Source: Octopus vulgaris (Eukaryota). From it: 64,000 nucleotides of DNA. Below, piece by piece: positions 14,377-28,310 of this stretch. The notes below the pieces were generated by a model, which searched no databases, was not told the DNA's origin, and saw only the letters and a list, made by a program, of their open reading frames with translations. Location: the NCBI GenBank assembly GCA_951406725.2, contig OX597827.1:44950001-45014000 (forward strand), written 5' to 3'. Every line of letters starts with the position of its first letter. The stretch's first letter is position 1. Made by a program: the position numbers and the translations under genes.

Positions 14377-15225
14377 GTCTAAACTATCACTCTCTTTTCC
14401 ATCATTCCTTCCTTCCACTCTGATTCCTTCCCCCACCACTCCCATTATAGCCCTGCTCGTCTTTCACCCTCTTGATTATCCCTACCTTCTCTTCACCCTC
14501 GTTGTCATATTTGCAGTGAATAAACAAAGTCAACAAAGATTAGAGAAGACTCTTCAGTGTTGCACAGAACAAGGCAATCTCTCCAGTGCAGACACCATGA
14601 GAAAATGCACCCAGTACATTAATTAAGTGGTTTGCATATGAATGAAGACAGTGTGGAGTCAAGAGGACTCTTTAGTGTGACTGGAGATATGACAACTTAC
14701 GTATGGTTTGTGGTACATAATTTGGTTGCCAAAATGAAATCCAGGTGTGATAGGTGGTTCTTTGATCAGTCTATAAGGGAAGTAACTCAAATACAAAACT
14801 GGTTCAGATTGTGACTACCTGTGTAATGTATGTTAACATGGGAAACAGATGTACAATGGTGATTCATTATATATCACTGTGATCACCGTGACCGACCAGG
14901 CTATCAGATGTTGCTACACATCGCTGATCACAATGCGCTTCGCATTGTTTTAGCCTTGAAACGACACCACCCCACTAGCTAAGCGAGCAGGCCAACAGAA
15001 GAATGAGTGAGAGAAAGTTGCAGCGAAAGAGTGCAGCAGGGATTGCCACCACCCCCTGCCAGAGCCTCATGGAGCTTTAAGTGTTTTCGCTCAATAAACA
15101 CTCACAACACCCGGTCTGGGAATCGAAACCACGATCCTATGACCGCAAGTCTGCTGCCCTAACCACTGGGCCATTGTGCCTCCACGATTCATTATATATA
15201 TACATATATATATATATACGTATAT

Positions 15226-15300
<75 letters not shown>

Positions 15301-15672
15301 GTTCACAACATAATTTCTTATTCTTTGTCATTTTAATTTGCATACACACAAACACACACACACACACACCTATACACACTTTATATAGACATGTATACAC
15401 ACACCCACACATATATGCACAAACAAATACATATATGTATGTTTAATTATTTGTAGTTTGATACAATGATAAAAAAAAATAAATCTAATTTTTGTTTCAT
15501 CTGGTAATTGAACTGGTCTCACACACACACACACACACACACATACACACGCTCATACATATGTACATGCTTACACACATACATATATGTGTATGTATGT
15601 GTGTCTTTATGAACTACTCACTGATAAACTGTATTTTTGTTCTCATTTTGTTTTTTTCTTTTTACCTGGCAG

Positions 15673-15795
15673 GATTTAACAAATATTGATCTATTTTTAA
15701 CTTCAAAAGAAGTGGAAGAATCTCTTCTACGGCGGGAGACGTGTCTTTGTTTATCTTGGTGCCATGACAACAAATCAAAACTGCGGAAATTAAAG
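15673..15795 (+). CDS. MAEA: MAEA internal exon (CTLH region)
   Basis: ggcag|GAT ... AAG|gtgag; 123 nt, phase 0. [41 protein letters not shown] matches human [41 protein letters not shown]. Confidence 0.93.
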
Positions 15796-16769
15796 GTGAG
15801 CTCTGCTGGTTTCACTCTTCTGACTTTGATGTTCGGTTTTTAAAACTACAAGAGAAAGCATGGAGTCAGTGAGATAGATATATGTTTATTTGCAACAACA
15901 GTTTTATTTTTTGTGTTGATGATGATGATGATGATTACAATGGTGGTGGTGGGGGGGGGGGGAGGTGAATAGATTTTCAGGTGGGACAATTGATATTTGT
16001 TCAAACAAAGCAATTTATGATGGTGTTGTAGATTTAATCAGCAATGAGAAAGTGAGGTGGAGAAAGAAGAGAGCTTAGCCACTATATGACCATGCCTCAG
16101 GAAATTCTGTCGTACATTCTACAAGTCTCTATCTATGAGCTAAACTTTACTCTATCAACCCAGTCTTTCGGTCAGTCTCATATGTACTAAATCATTACTT
16201 TTCAATGGTCAAACTCAAAGTAGGGAACACTGTAAATAATGGTTTCAAATTTTGGCACAATGCCAGCAATTTTGAGAGCAGGTGTTAGTAGTTAACATTG
16301 AAACCCAGTGTTCAGCTGGTCCTTATTTTATTGACTTCCCACCCCCCCACCTAAAGCAGATTTTTAACTTGACAGGCTTCTTTCAGTTTCCATCTACCAA
16401 ATCCACTCACAAGGCTTTGGTCGACCTGAGGCTATAGTAGAAGACACTTGCCCAAGGTGCCACTCAGTGGGACTGAACCTGGAACCATGTGGTTAGTAAA
16501 CAAGCTACTTACCACACAGCCACTCTTGCACCTGATATGAAGTAAATTATTTTATGAGGGCTGGGATGCTCATGATGATTTTTGGTTTCTTGAATGGCAA
16601 ATCAAATTCAACAGAAGCAGGTCTACCAGAAGAAATAATCCAATTTGTGGTACACTGTATATTGATGCCCCAACTAAAGCTTCTGCCAATGAAAATCATA
16701 TTACCGTATTTATGTATGTACATGCTCTATGGCAGATATCCTCCCCTGTCTCTCTATGCCTCTAATTCC

Positions 16770-16801
<32 letters not shown>

Positions 16802-17869
16802 GTCAGTGTTTCTACAGCTGGATGCCCTTCCTAACGCCAACCACTCCGCGAGTGTAGTGGGTGTTTTTTACGTGCCACCTGCACAGGTGCCAGAGGGGTC
16901 TGGCATCGGCCAACTGGTACAAATATACCCACCCCCTCACTGCTACTTCCCTTTCCAGCTGAAGGGGTTTTTGTCTTGCAAGTTACTCAGTGATCCTGTC
17001 GGTGCTGGTGCCACATAAAAAGCACTGGTGTTGATGCCATGTAAAAGGCACCCAGTACACTTTTTAAACTGGTTGGCATTAGAAAGAGCATCAAACCATT
17101 GAAACCATACCTCAACAGATAATAGAGCCTGGTGCGGCCCCTGGCCTTACCAGCTCCTGTTAAACGGTCCAGCCTATGCCAGCATGAAAAATAGATGTTA
17201 ACTGATGATGATTTCTCTTGATGTAACCATTGCTAGAAGATAGGTAATAAACTAGCTAGATTATAAAACACTCACTGCTTTGTTTTTGAAGCGTCTTCCT
17301 ATTATTGTGACACTAACAACTGAACTGGAACTGCTTATAGCACTAATGAAATCCCTTCATAAATTTTGAGAAAAGTGAACTGGAAAATATTTCAAACAAA
17401 AACCAGAACTTTTTTTTTATCTGCTGCAATCAAATACCATGAAAATATACCAGCAATTAATATGTATGCACTAGTAGTCAGGAATGTTTAATATGTAAAA
17501 TTGGTCTATCCGGTTGTGTTACATTGTTAAACTTAGTGGCTGTTTAAGCAATATGTTTGTGGATAGCTAATGTGTTGAATGTGGTACTGATGAAGGAGCA
17601 ATAACTCCTGAGATATGTATATACATCATTTACTATTTTTCTATTTACAGTTATATTGTTTACATAGATGTATTTGTGTATAAAATATAACCTCTACTGC
17701 TGGCTCTAAATTCTATAGAAAATCTATAGAGATGCACATATATCAATCTGAGAAATGTTTCTGGAAAATTACTTTTCAATGGTTAAACTCAAAGTAGGGA
17801 AATATGTAAATAATGGTTTCAAATGCCAGCAATTTTGAGAGAGGGTGTAAATAGTTAACATCAAACCCC

Positions 17870-18640
17870 AATGAAGGCCACAAACCAATGTATAACAGAT
17901 GAAGTTAAGACTTTAATCAAAGAGTGCAATCAGTTGAAACATATGCATCTTAAATTCTTCAGAAATTAGAAGAATAAATAATAGAAGTAGTTCAGCTGAT
18001 GGCTATAACATATCTGGTCTTTCAGTTTTTGTGCAGAAACAAAGGAACTGTGGAAAATGGCGAAAGCATTGAACAACCAAAGCAAGCAGTCTCCAAATAT
18101 TTATTGCCATCATTCAACAAGTCCACTTCCAATCCAAAGAGTCAGTAAAGACATTTAATAAACCATTCAGTAATATTAGCAGACATACCAGACTGTAAAC
18201 TTCATGCAACCACCAGAAAGATAAAGAGAAATGACAAAATTGACAGCATTAAATTCAAGAAAGATAAAGTAGAATTGATAATGATTTAAAAAAAAAAATT
18301 TTTTTTTAAATTTAAATTACTCAGTAGTAGAGGATTCAGACAGTGTGGCTATATTTCTTCGGAAAAATCTTGGCAAATTTGGTATCATGTGCTCGGTAAG
18401 TGTTTTCAATGTCACATGGGAACTGTCAAATCTTGGCAAGCTAGAAAACCTCCTCGGCAAAAGTCTCTTTTATGAATCTTTGCAATGATGGAACTGATGC
18501 AACATCATACAAACCAGTGTCCTTTTTTAATCTAATTGCAAAAGTCTTTCAAAAATTTCTTCTACTCCCAATCTTGCATCCTGCCAAGAATATCTGTGTG
18601 GATTTAAGACTCAACACTCCACAATTAAGTTTTCTTCCCA
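17870..18640 (+). pseudogene. Decayed LINE ORF2 fragment
   Basis: ELWKMAKALNN... and DATSYKPVSFFNLIAKVFQKFLL (a YRPISLL..IAK..E-like motif) with stops and frameshifts. Confidence 0.55.
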
Positions 18641-18848
18641 GCCACATTGTTCAGGGTTCAGTTCCACTGCATGGCACCTCAAAGGAAAACTTGTGCAATT
18701 TTGAAAGATATGGAAAACAGAAAACCAAGAACTGACAATGAAATTAAGACTTCGCTGGGTGATGTGATTAACCATGTGTTTCAAGGATTACCAACCTTGA
18801 GTACCACTTGATGGCTTTGTCGTCAACAGACCAATTCTTAATAAACGA

Positions 18849-19285
18849 GGCATAGGAGTGGCTGTGTGGTAAGGAGCTTGCTTCCCAGCCACATGGTTCT
18901 GGGTTCAACCCCACTGTGTAGCACCTTGGGCAAGTGTCTTCTACTATAGCGTCGGGCCGACCAAAGCCTTGTGAGTGGATTTGGTAGATGGAAACTGAAA
19001 GAAGCCCATCATATATGTGTGTGTGTGTATATATATATATATATACATGTATGTGTGTGTATATGTTTGAGTGTCTATGTTTGTCCCACCCAACATCGCT
19101 TGACAACCGATGCTGGTGTGTTTACATTCCCGTAACTTATCGATTCGGCAAAAGAGACCGATAGAATAAGTAGTAGGCTTACAAAGAAAAAGAATAAGTG
19201 TCCTGGGGTCGATTTGCTCAACTAATGGCAGTGCTCCAGCATGGCCACAGTCACATGACTGAAACAAGTAAAAGAGTAAAGAGAG
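18849..19285 (+). mobile_element. SINE family A
   Basis: Full-length copy. Confidence 0.85.
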
Positions 19286-21709
19286 TGTGCACTAATGATT
19301 CCGACAGCTTGCCACTTTTGGGAAAAGAGGGAGAACGTGTATTAGGATGATAGTGGTAGTGATAGCTGCTAGACATACGTCTGTAAATATCTATAATGTT
19401 GTTACTGATTATATTGACAAATAATGACTATGATGATGCTCTGTGCTCTTGCTTTGAAGTCAATAAAGCTTGTAATGTTTACAATCTCTATTATGGACAT
19501 ACTCATACATGTGTCTAACATATGTGTGTATGCGTGTGTGTGAAAGAAAGATCTATAGTTGCTGAATATTGAGTAGAACAGGTAATTTTATGTCATCATC
19601 ATCATCATTGTCATTTTTATTATGTGTTGTTGTTTTTTGTTACTTTTTCTAGATATGTTTACAGTTAAATTCTTGTCACACAATTTCACTCATGTCTGTT
19701 GCAACAAACACCACTCTTACACAAATATGTCACAATGCAACAGAGACATACACGCACACACATACACACACACACACGTGTGCACGCATACTTGTTTTAC
19801 ATAACTTCACCACTCTACTGCAACACTTCCTCACAACCTGCCACGATGCAATACCTCCATGCCTCCACCACATCTTTACCTCTCTGTCACAACACAACAC
19901 CACACTAGTCTGTCACAACACAGTATTTATACCACTCTCACAACACAACACAACACATGTTGACCAGTCTGTCATACAGCACTTCCTCCAGTCTGTTATA
20001 TTATAACTATTTATTGCAATTTGAGTGACCATGTAGAGCAGTAGTTCCCAAAGTTGGCGGTACTGCCCCCCTGGGGACGATGGAAAGATCCAGGGGGTGG
20101 AGTCAATGAAGAAAAATTGGGCAATGGATGTAAAAAAACAAACAAAATAATAGGTTAATTAGGTTAAGTTTAATTTGTGAAATGCTGCTGTTTTGAATTT
20201 TCTGCAGAAAATGGTCTCCGTCTGTGATGGTGAGCAGGGTGGGGCACCTCCTTGAAGAATTTTAGTCAAAAAGATTTACCCCATCACCTATTATTTTTTA
20301 ATTTTTTTCAAGACTGGTATTCTATTGATCACTTTTGCCACACTGCTAAGTTACAGGGACGTAAACACACCAACACTTGTTGTCAAGCAGTGGTGGTGGG
20401 TAAACACACGTGTGTGTGTGTGTGTGTATATATATATATGTGTGTGTGTGTATATATGTGTGTTTGTGTGTGTGTGTACACAACAAACTTCTTTCAGTTT
20501 CCCTCTATGAAATCCACAAGGCTTTGGTCAGCCTGAGGCTATGGTAGAAGACACTTGCCAAAGATGCCACACAGTGGGATTGAACTCATAACAAAGGTGT
20601 TGGGAGGAAGCTAGCTTCTTACCACACAGCCACGGTGATAATTCACTAGCGCTGAATTTCTCCTGTGAGTTGTACTCTGTGTAATGTCTTGGACACCATT
20701 GAGATCAAGTCATCAAAGTAGGAGCTCCATGCACCCCGACCACCACCAGCTTGACTCCCTTCTTCTTCATTCTTCTCGGCTCTTCGGCTCAGTTCAGCAG
20801 TACCACCGATGTTGGTTCACTTCATAATGCAGATGACACTGAAGCTGCGCTACTGAATCATGTAACATTTAATATCTGTATTGTCAATCACATTGTCATT
20901 GCCGTCATTGCTGTCGTTGTTGACATTGTTGTCATCAATAGTCGTCGTTGTTGTTGGTGCTTCCTCTGTCTGTCTGTCTGTCTCTCTCTGTCTTTCTCAC
21001 TACTTCTCTTGTTTCTTGTAAATAATCAAACTCGCCACCACCGCCACCATATTGACCAACCCCTCTAACCAGTTCCACTCGTAAACCATCCATACATGTG
21101 TTTCAAATTGCGATATTTCTCATGTTTCTTGCTGCACAATAACATGTAAAATGCAGGAAAAAAATAGCAATAAAACAAGGTCCGCAGCTCTGATAAATTT
21201 GAGACACGAAATAAATAAATAAATAAATGAATAAATGAATACAGGAAAGTAAACAGACTCCTCCTGCTTCTCTTCTTCGTCTTCCTCTTCTGCCCTGCCT
21301 CTCACCACCACCACTATTGCTGCTGCTGCTGCCACTCTTGACAAACCCTTTGACTGTTCAAAATGAAATGGAGAAAGTGATGAAGTGAGGGAGTGAGAAA
21401 GAGCGAGAGAGAGATGGAGATAGAAAGGAGAGTAAGAGAGAGAGAGAGAGAGAAAGAAATGAATAAACCAAGGGAGAGAAATCATTAGAGAGAGACTGAC
21501 TGACAGATAGAGAAAGAAAGGTGAGAGAAAGGAATTAAGTGGGAACAGAAAGGAAAAGAAAGAAGTGCATCCTTCGTTTGTGTGCCATCAGCCAATGGTG
21601 GGGGGAGGGATATAAATGGTGTTTTAGACGAGGAGGAGGAGGAGGAGATGGTGTAGTAGTAGAGTTCAATGATTGAAGAGGGAGACATATAGGGGTAGTG
21701 GGAAGAGAA

Positions 21710-21741
<32 letters not shown>

Positions 21742-24700
21742 TGTTATAGGTTTGCTGTACATTTATTAAAAATGATTATCATCATCATCATTGTTTTCTT
21801 TTTTTAGCATCCGTTAATAAACATTGCATTTATATATATATCACGTGATCACATAATATACACACACACACACACATATATATATCACATTATCCATACA
21901 GATACAAAAAGCACACATGCACACGCCCTCACCTACACGCATGAATAAAAGCAATATTAAGCAAAAGAGAACTCGATGATAGAATGCAGAGTACAATGTG
22001 TATTTGTTCGAGGGATAGTCTTCTTTTGTTGCATTATCACTATTAGTTTCACCATAACACTGCTCTTCCGTTAATGTTTCATCATTCATCTTCTTGTATT
22101 ATTTTAAAAATAGAAATACAGATCTTTTCTCGTTTTCCACTTAACTCTTTTGCATTTAAACTGGCTACATCCAACCCACATATTCCATTTGCTTTCTGTT
22201 CAAACCAGTCAGATCCAGCTTTCCACACCTACCCTCCAATGCCGTTCTAAAAATAGACAAACACATTATCAGAATCTCGGAGCTATGAGATAATGGATGA
22301 AAACTATTCAAGACAATGTGAATAAATAAACGTTACACTTTGAAAGGCTTAATTTGAATTGTGGAAACATGCCTTCTTCTTAGCTATTATATTTGTTGCA
22401 TTCGTTATTACTATATGTGTGCTTGTTTGTAAGTATCCAGTTGACTTTCTTTGTGTTTGTGATTATATGTCTCGACTGGCTTCTGTGCAGGTGGCACGTA
22501 AAATGCACCAATCCGACCGTGGCCGATGCCAGCCTCGCCTGGCACCAGTGCAGGTGGCATGTAAAAAGCACCCACTACACTCATGGAGTGGTTGGTATTA
22601 GGAAGGGCATCCAGCTGTAGAAACATTGCCAGATAAGACTGGAGCCTGGTGCAGCCTTCTGGCTTCCCAGATCCCCGGTCGAACCGTCCAACCCATGCTA
22701 GCATGGAGAACGGACGTTAAACGATGATGATGATGATTTGCTTAAAATTGTTACAAATTGTTAAATTGACGAATGATATGCTTGAGAAGAAGAGCCATCA
22801 AGCCAAGTGAAATCATAATCACGGCGGATATTGGTGTCACGTAAACTGGCTGGCCCTCGTACCGGTGACACGTAAAAGCACCCTTTACACTCTCAGAGTG
22901 GTTGGCATTAGGAAGGGCATCCAGCTGTAGAAACCATGCCAAATCAGATTAGTCTGGTGCAGCCCCATCAGCTTATCAGCCCTGGTCAAACCATCCAACC
23001 CATGCCAGCATGGACAATGGATATTAAATAATGATGATGAAGATGTTAATGCATTCTTGCATAGCTCTGTGTCCTTCCCTTATCCCCATCTCCCACTCTC
23101 CTTTCACACTCTCCCAAATACACCAGATTTCTCACGCTGTTCAATCCTCTGTACTATTATTTGTATACATCCCCCTGTCACTTGAGGGTGCACCCTAACT
23201 CATCTTCTCTCTTTCTCTCTCCTCTCTCTTTTTCCAGTGGGGGTAGCCATGTATCTCCTTTACTGTACAACACCTGTTTCAGTTTCCTTTAATTCATACT
23301 TCAACCTCTCATCACCTGGCACAAAGCCTCCTTCCTCACAATACCCTTCAGTTGAGGGGATCTTGTCTTGCAAGTACTCGGTGACCTCTCCGATAAAAAG
23401 CACTCACTACACTCAGTGAAGTGGTTGGCATTAGAAAGGACATCCAGCTGTAGAAACTATGCTGAAGCTGGCTGTGTAGCCTAGCAAAGTCCTCTGGCTT
23501 GCCATCCAATCCATGCCAGCACGGAAGGCAGATGTTAAATGATGATGATGATAACCGCAACAACCTTTTATAGGCATGCCTGTGTGGTTAACAAGTTTGC
23601 TTTGGAACCAATTGTTCAGGGATTTGGTCCCCATTCTGTTAGCAATTGCAGCTAACATTCTCTATTGCAGCTACAGGTCAACCAATACCTTGTGATTGAA
23701 ATTGATTGAGAGAAACTGAAGAAGCCTGCCATGTTTGTGTGTGTGTATGCATTTCTATGTTTGGGTGGTTCGTACTTTCTCCTTGTCCTACATATATGTT
23801 CATTAAACGAAACAGCAGCCATGCTATCAGATACAGGCTGGGTTGTATTGTATGCTTACAGTCAACCACAGAAGCACAACTGAGCTTCTCGACTTGTCTT
23901 CATGCTGCTCTGTCTTTGTCAAAAATAAGGTTCATAACTATGTTCAGTTTGTTTTTGCTCAGTAAACTAGGAGGATTATTTATTACCTTGCTTAGAAAAA
24001 CAGTGAGGGTTGATGTATGTAAGGCCTACTTGGGTTGCAAAGTATCAGTTGCTAAGGATATTTATTATGGAAAGGAGATCTCTAACTTGATTACTAATTA
24101 ACCAAGTAAGTATTATATGAAGACAAAAGGAATTAGAAAATAGAAAAGAAAAAGAAAATGTGTTTGAGATTTCTTGTTTGCCTCATCAGCATATCAAGTT
24201 TCTATGTAATTAATTTATTAAAGAAATGAGGTCACACTAACTCTTTTATTAATTAGGCACTAATTATAACTAAAAAGATGTATGTAAGATTGTGATTTCA
24301 TGTTACTCCTGCTGGGATGGCATTAAGGTATTTATGTAAGGCCTTTGCGTGTGAGGGCATGAAGAGATTAATTCTGCATCTATTCAGTTTTTTTTTTTTA
24401 GTTTGGTGTTTCAAAATCAGTAGCTTTTCCAGGGTGCAAGGATACAAGATACATTTGTTTGTAATAAGTTGGTGCTTTATAAAAGGGCTGACATGTAGTA
24501 GATTGTTATTCAGTATGTAGTGTATTGTTATTTTTCAAAAAAACCATATATGTGTTCCTTGTTTGGTTAGCAGTCTTTTTTGTAATGTCCTCGATATATA
24601 ATTATGTTGATGAAGCTGGCCCTTAAATTAGTTCATTGTCGCATCTGTGTAATCAGTACCATTTTGGTTAATGTTAGATGTGACAGTGGTTGCTTTGGGT

Positions 24701-25310
24701 ATAGCTTTTGAGAGTGGCATTTGCCACTCTGCATTTTGTTAGATATGTTCTGATGATGTAAACTTGTCACTTTTTACTAATTATTCATGGATGTTCGTGC
24801 ATTAACGAAGTTCAGTTCATTTGTGTTGAAAAGCTAGTTTTATGTAAATCTGTATTAAAGATTTCCCTACAGTAGTAGAGGTGGATCATCATATTACAAG
24901 ATGAAGAAAAGTTGTTTTGTTTTTTTTTCTTTTGTTTGTCTATGTATTTACGTTTATCGAAATGATGGATTATACCACATGGTTTTTCTTTTGCACTTCC
25001 TCATATTAGATCATGTGTGTCTATTTCTATTACATATTATTTAAGGATTTCAATTGATCAAACAACTGGAACACGCATTGTTGTAACTGATACAAGATCC
25101 ATCATGTTGTGCGCGTATGCATCCATGTGAGTGTGAATGTGTGTATGCGCAAAATTTGTATCTATATACATATATGTGTGTGTGTGTGTGTGTGTGTTGG
25201 CTTGCAGCAGAGGTGTATTCCCTAATGAATGCAGAGCTAAGTGGTGTATATTGACTGCAATGTTTGTGCATTGTTACATCACTCATGTGTGTGTGTGTAT
25301 GTGTGTGTGT

Positions 25311-25353
<43 letters not shown>

Positions 25354-26197
25354 TAAAGAAGCAGATGTGAACAAAATTATAAGCACACATCCACAAATGA
25401 GCATCTAGGCTTGTGTCTGCCAGTGTGCAAGCATGGACTTTCATGTGCGCACGAGTGTGAGCGAATGCATGTTGGTGCATATCATTTCGCATTTGCAAAC
25501 ATGCAGCAATGCAAGATCATACCATGAGTCATCAGTTCTTTATAGCTTCTGACACCAGTGTTCGTGGCGGCGGAGGTGGGTGTTCGGTGGGCGTTCGGCG
25601 GTGGTGTGCTGGGTGGACGGGTGAGTGGGAGGTCTCTGTGTTAGTAGTGATTGTGGTCGCAACAGAGGTGGTCGTGAGACAGATGGGATCACACAAATTG
25701 TGGTGACAATGCAGGTGGTGGCTGCGGTGATGGTGTTTGTGATGGTAGCATTGGTGATAGTAGTGGTAGTGATAGTGCTGATGGCAATGGTAAAACAGAT
25801 GGGATCACACAAATTGTTGTATCAGTACATGTGGTAGTGGTGGAGGAGGAGGAGGAGGTTGTGGCGGTGATGATGGTGGTGGTGATAACAGTCATGGTAG
25901 AATTGGTGGTGACAGTATCAGTGGTAGTGGTGGTCATGGTAGAATAGGTGGTGGTGGTGGTGAAACAGATGGGATCACACAACTTGTAGTGTCAAGTAGT
26001 GGTAATGGAGGGGTGTAGGTGGTGTTAGTGGTAGTATAGGCAGTAATGATTGTCCTGGTGAGGCAAGTGACAGGTGGTGGTGGTGGCGGCGGCAGTGGTG
26101 ACAACAGATGGGCTCCGACAGATGGGCAGCGGTGGTACCACTTGTTTGATATTAATTGCAGGGAGGACAATGAATGGCATTGGTATCCTAATAACAA

Positions 26198-26612
26198 GGC
26201 GGCGAGCTGGCAGAAACGTTAGCACGCCGGGTGAAATGCTTAGCGGTATTTCGTCTGCGTTACGTTGTGAGTTCAAATTCCGCCGAGGTCGACTTTGCCT
26301 TTCATCCTTTCGGGGTCGATAAATTAAGTACCAGTTACGCACTGGGGTCGATGTAATCGACTTAATACCTATGTCTGTCCTTGATTGTTGCCTCTGTGTT
26401 TAGCCCCTTGTGGGTAATAAAGAAATAGGCATTTCGTCTGCGTTACGTTGTGAGTTCAAATTTCACCGAGGTCGACTTTGCCTTTCATCCTTTTGGGGTC
26501 AATAAATTAAGTGCCAGTTACGCACTGGGGTCGATGTAATCGACTTAATACCTATGTCTGTCCTTGATTGTCCCTTCTGTGTTTAGCCCCTTGTGGGTAA
26601 TAAAGAAATAGG
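26198..26612 (+). mobile_element. SINE family B with tandem duplication of its 3' about 180 nt
   Basis: Full copy at 26198-26428 followed by a near-identical repeat of ATTTCGTCTGCG...TAAAGAAATAGG. Confidence 0.8.
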
Positions 26613-27679
26613 TATCCTAATAGTGGCGTCCTGGTGGCAGTGGCGGTGGCAGCGGCTGCTGCTGCTGGAAGAGTTAATGCCATATGTATACATCCATCCC
26701 ATAATGCAATGCTTCCCAAATAGCTGCACCCAGTTCTTTTCACTTCTATCATTTCAGATCATTTCAATTCCCTTCTAAATCAGTTTCCGTTTATTGACTG
26801 ATGTCCTTGATGTCCCACCCAACTCCTTGCTTCCCTTCTGAACAACCACTCATTTCCACCCCCTGTTCCCCTTTCTACCTGTCTTATCTGTTATGTAAAC
26901 ATGCAAACACTTTTTTGCACATTAAATGATAATGATGAGGATGATGATAATATATAGTCCACTCTGTAAAGTGGTTGGCATTAAGAAGGGTATCCAGCTG
27001 TAAGAACCATGCCAGTGTGGAAGATAGACATTAAATGATGATGATGATGGTGGTGATACATAATTCATTTATTAATATAGTCTGTAGTGTGTTCCATAGT
27101 TTTCTTTACAGTTGTAGCCTGCCAAGTCGATGCACATGTATACTTTACATGCAAGTATATATGTATATATTTATGCATATACATGGGTGTGTATAATGGT
27201 ATTAGAAATAACGAACAACTTGAGATAGAGCAATAGAGTTCTGTCTTTCTATCGGGCCACACACAAACACACACATATGCACACACAGATGACCTGAGAA
27301 AAATTGGGAGCAACACAAAATGCACTTTAGTGTAGAATTAACTCCTGAGCTTTATGATGTTTTGTATAATAACTATTCTGACACAATTATTGCTAAATCT
27401 GTAGCACCAGACAATTAATAAATAAATGAACACCAGGACACACATGCATACACAAAATCAGACAGACAGACAGTGGCAAATGAAAGATATGTATATATAT
27501 ACATATGTAGTTTGGTGATATGTTGCCTTTATTCAGGACCAAAGCTGGATGAAGCCCAACTTGGACAAAACTCTATAATCATTTTAGTGCAATGCTCTAC
27601 CCATACACATGAGACACAAATGCAAACACACACATGTATATGCATGCACACACACACACACACACATAGAAATAGATAT

Positions 27680-27768
27680 GCATATATATATATATATATA
27701 TATATGATTTATGCATACATATATATATATATATATATGATTTATGCATATATATATATATATGATTT

Positions 27769-27802
<34 letters not shown>

Positions 27803-27828
27803 GATTTATACATATATATATATGATTT

Positions 27829-27908
<80 letters not shown>

Positions 27909-27940
27909 TTATACATACATATATATATATATATATATTT

Positions 27941-27975
<35 letters not shown>

Positions 27976-27977
27976 TT

Positions 27978-28021
<44 letters not shown>

Positions 28022-28064
28022 ATATACATAATGATTTATACATATATATATATATATATATATA

Positions 28065-28118
<54 letters not shown>

Positions 28119-28119
28119 G

Positions 28120-28154
<35 letters not shown>

Positions 28155-28156
28155 TT

Positions 28157-28201
<45 letters not shown>

Positions 28202-28310
28202 TTATACATACATATATATATATATATATATATGATTTATACATACATATATATATATATATATATATGATGTATACATATATATATATATATTATGTTT
28301 ACATATATAA
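27680..28310. repeat. Compound (TA)n / TGATTTATACATAC minisatellite
   Basis: About 630 nt of TA runs punctuated by the GATTTATAC motif. Confidence 0.95.

Noticed and set aside
20751-21068. 105-aa ORF as a nested gene
   Set aside because: Largely built from simple repeats, with no clear splice sites or homology; kept only as part of the non-coding island finding.
24690-24735. miR-9/79-like GCTTTGGGTATAGCTTTTGA and the short palindrome AGAGTGGCA-T-TTGCCACTCT
   Set aside because: Too many mismatches to the miRNA, and no complementary arm at hairpin distance.
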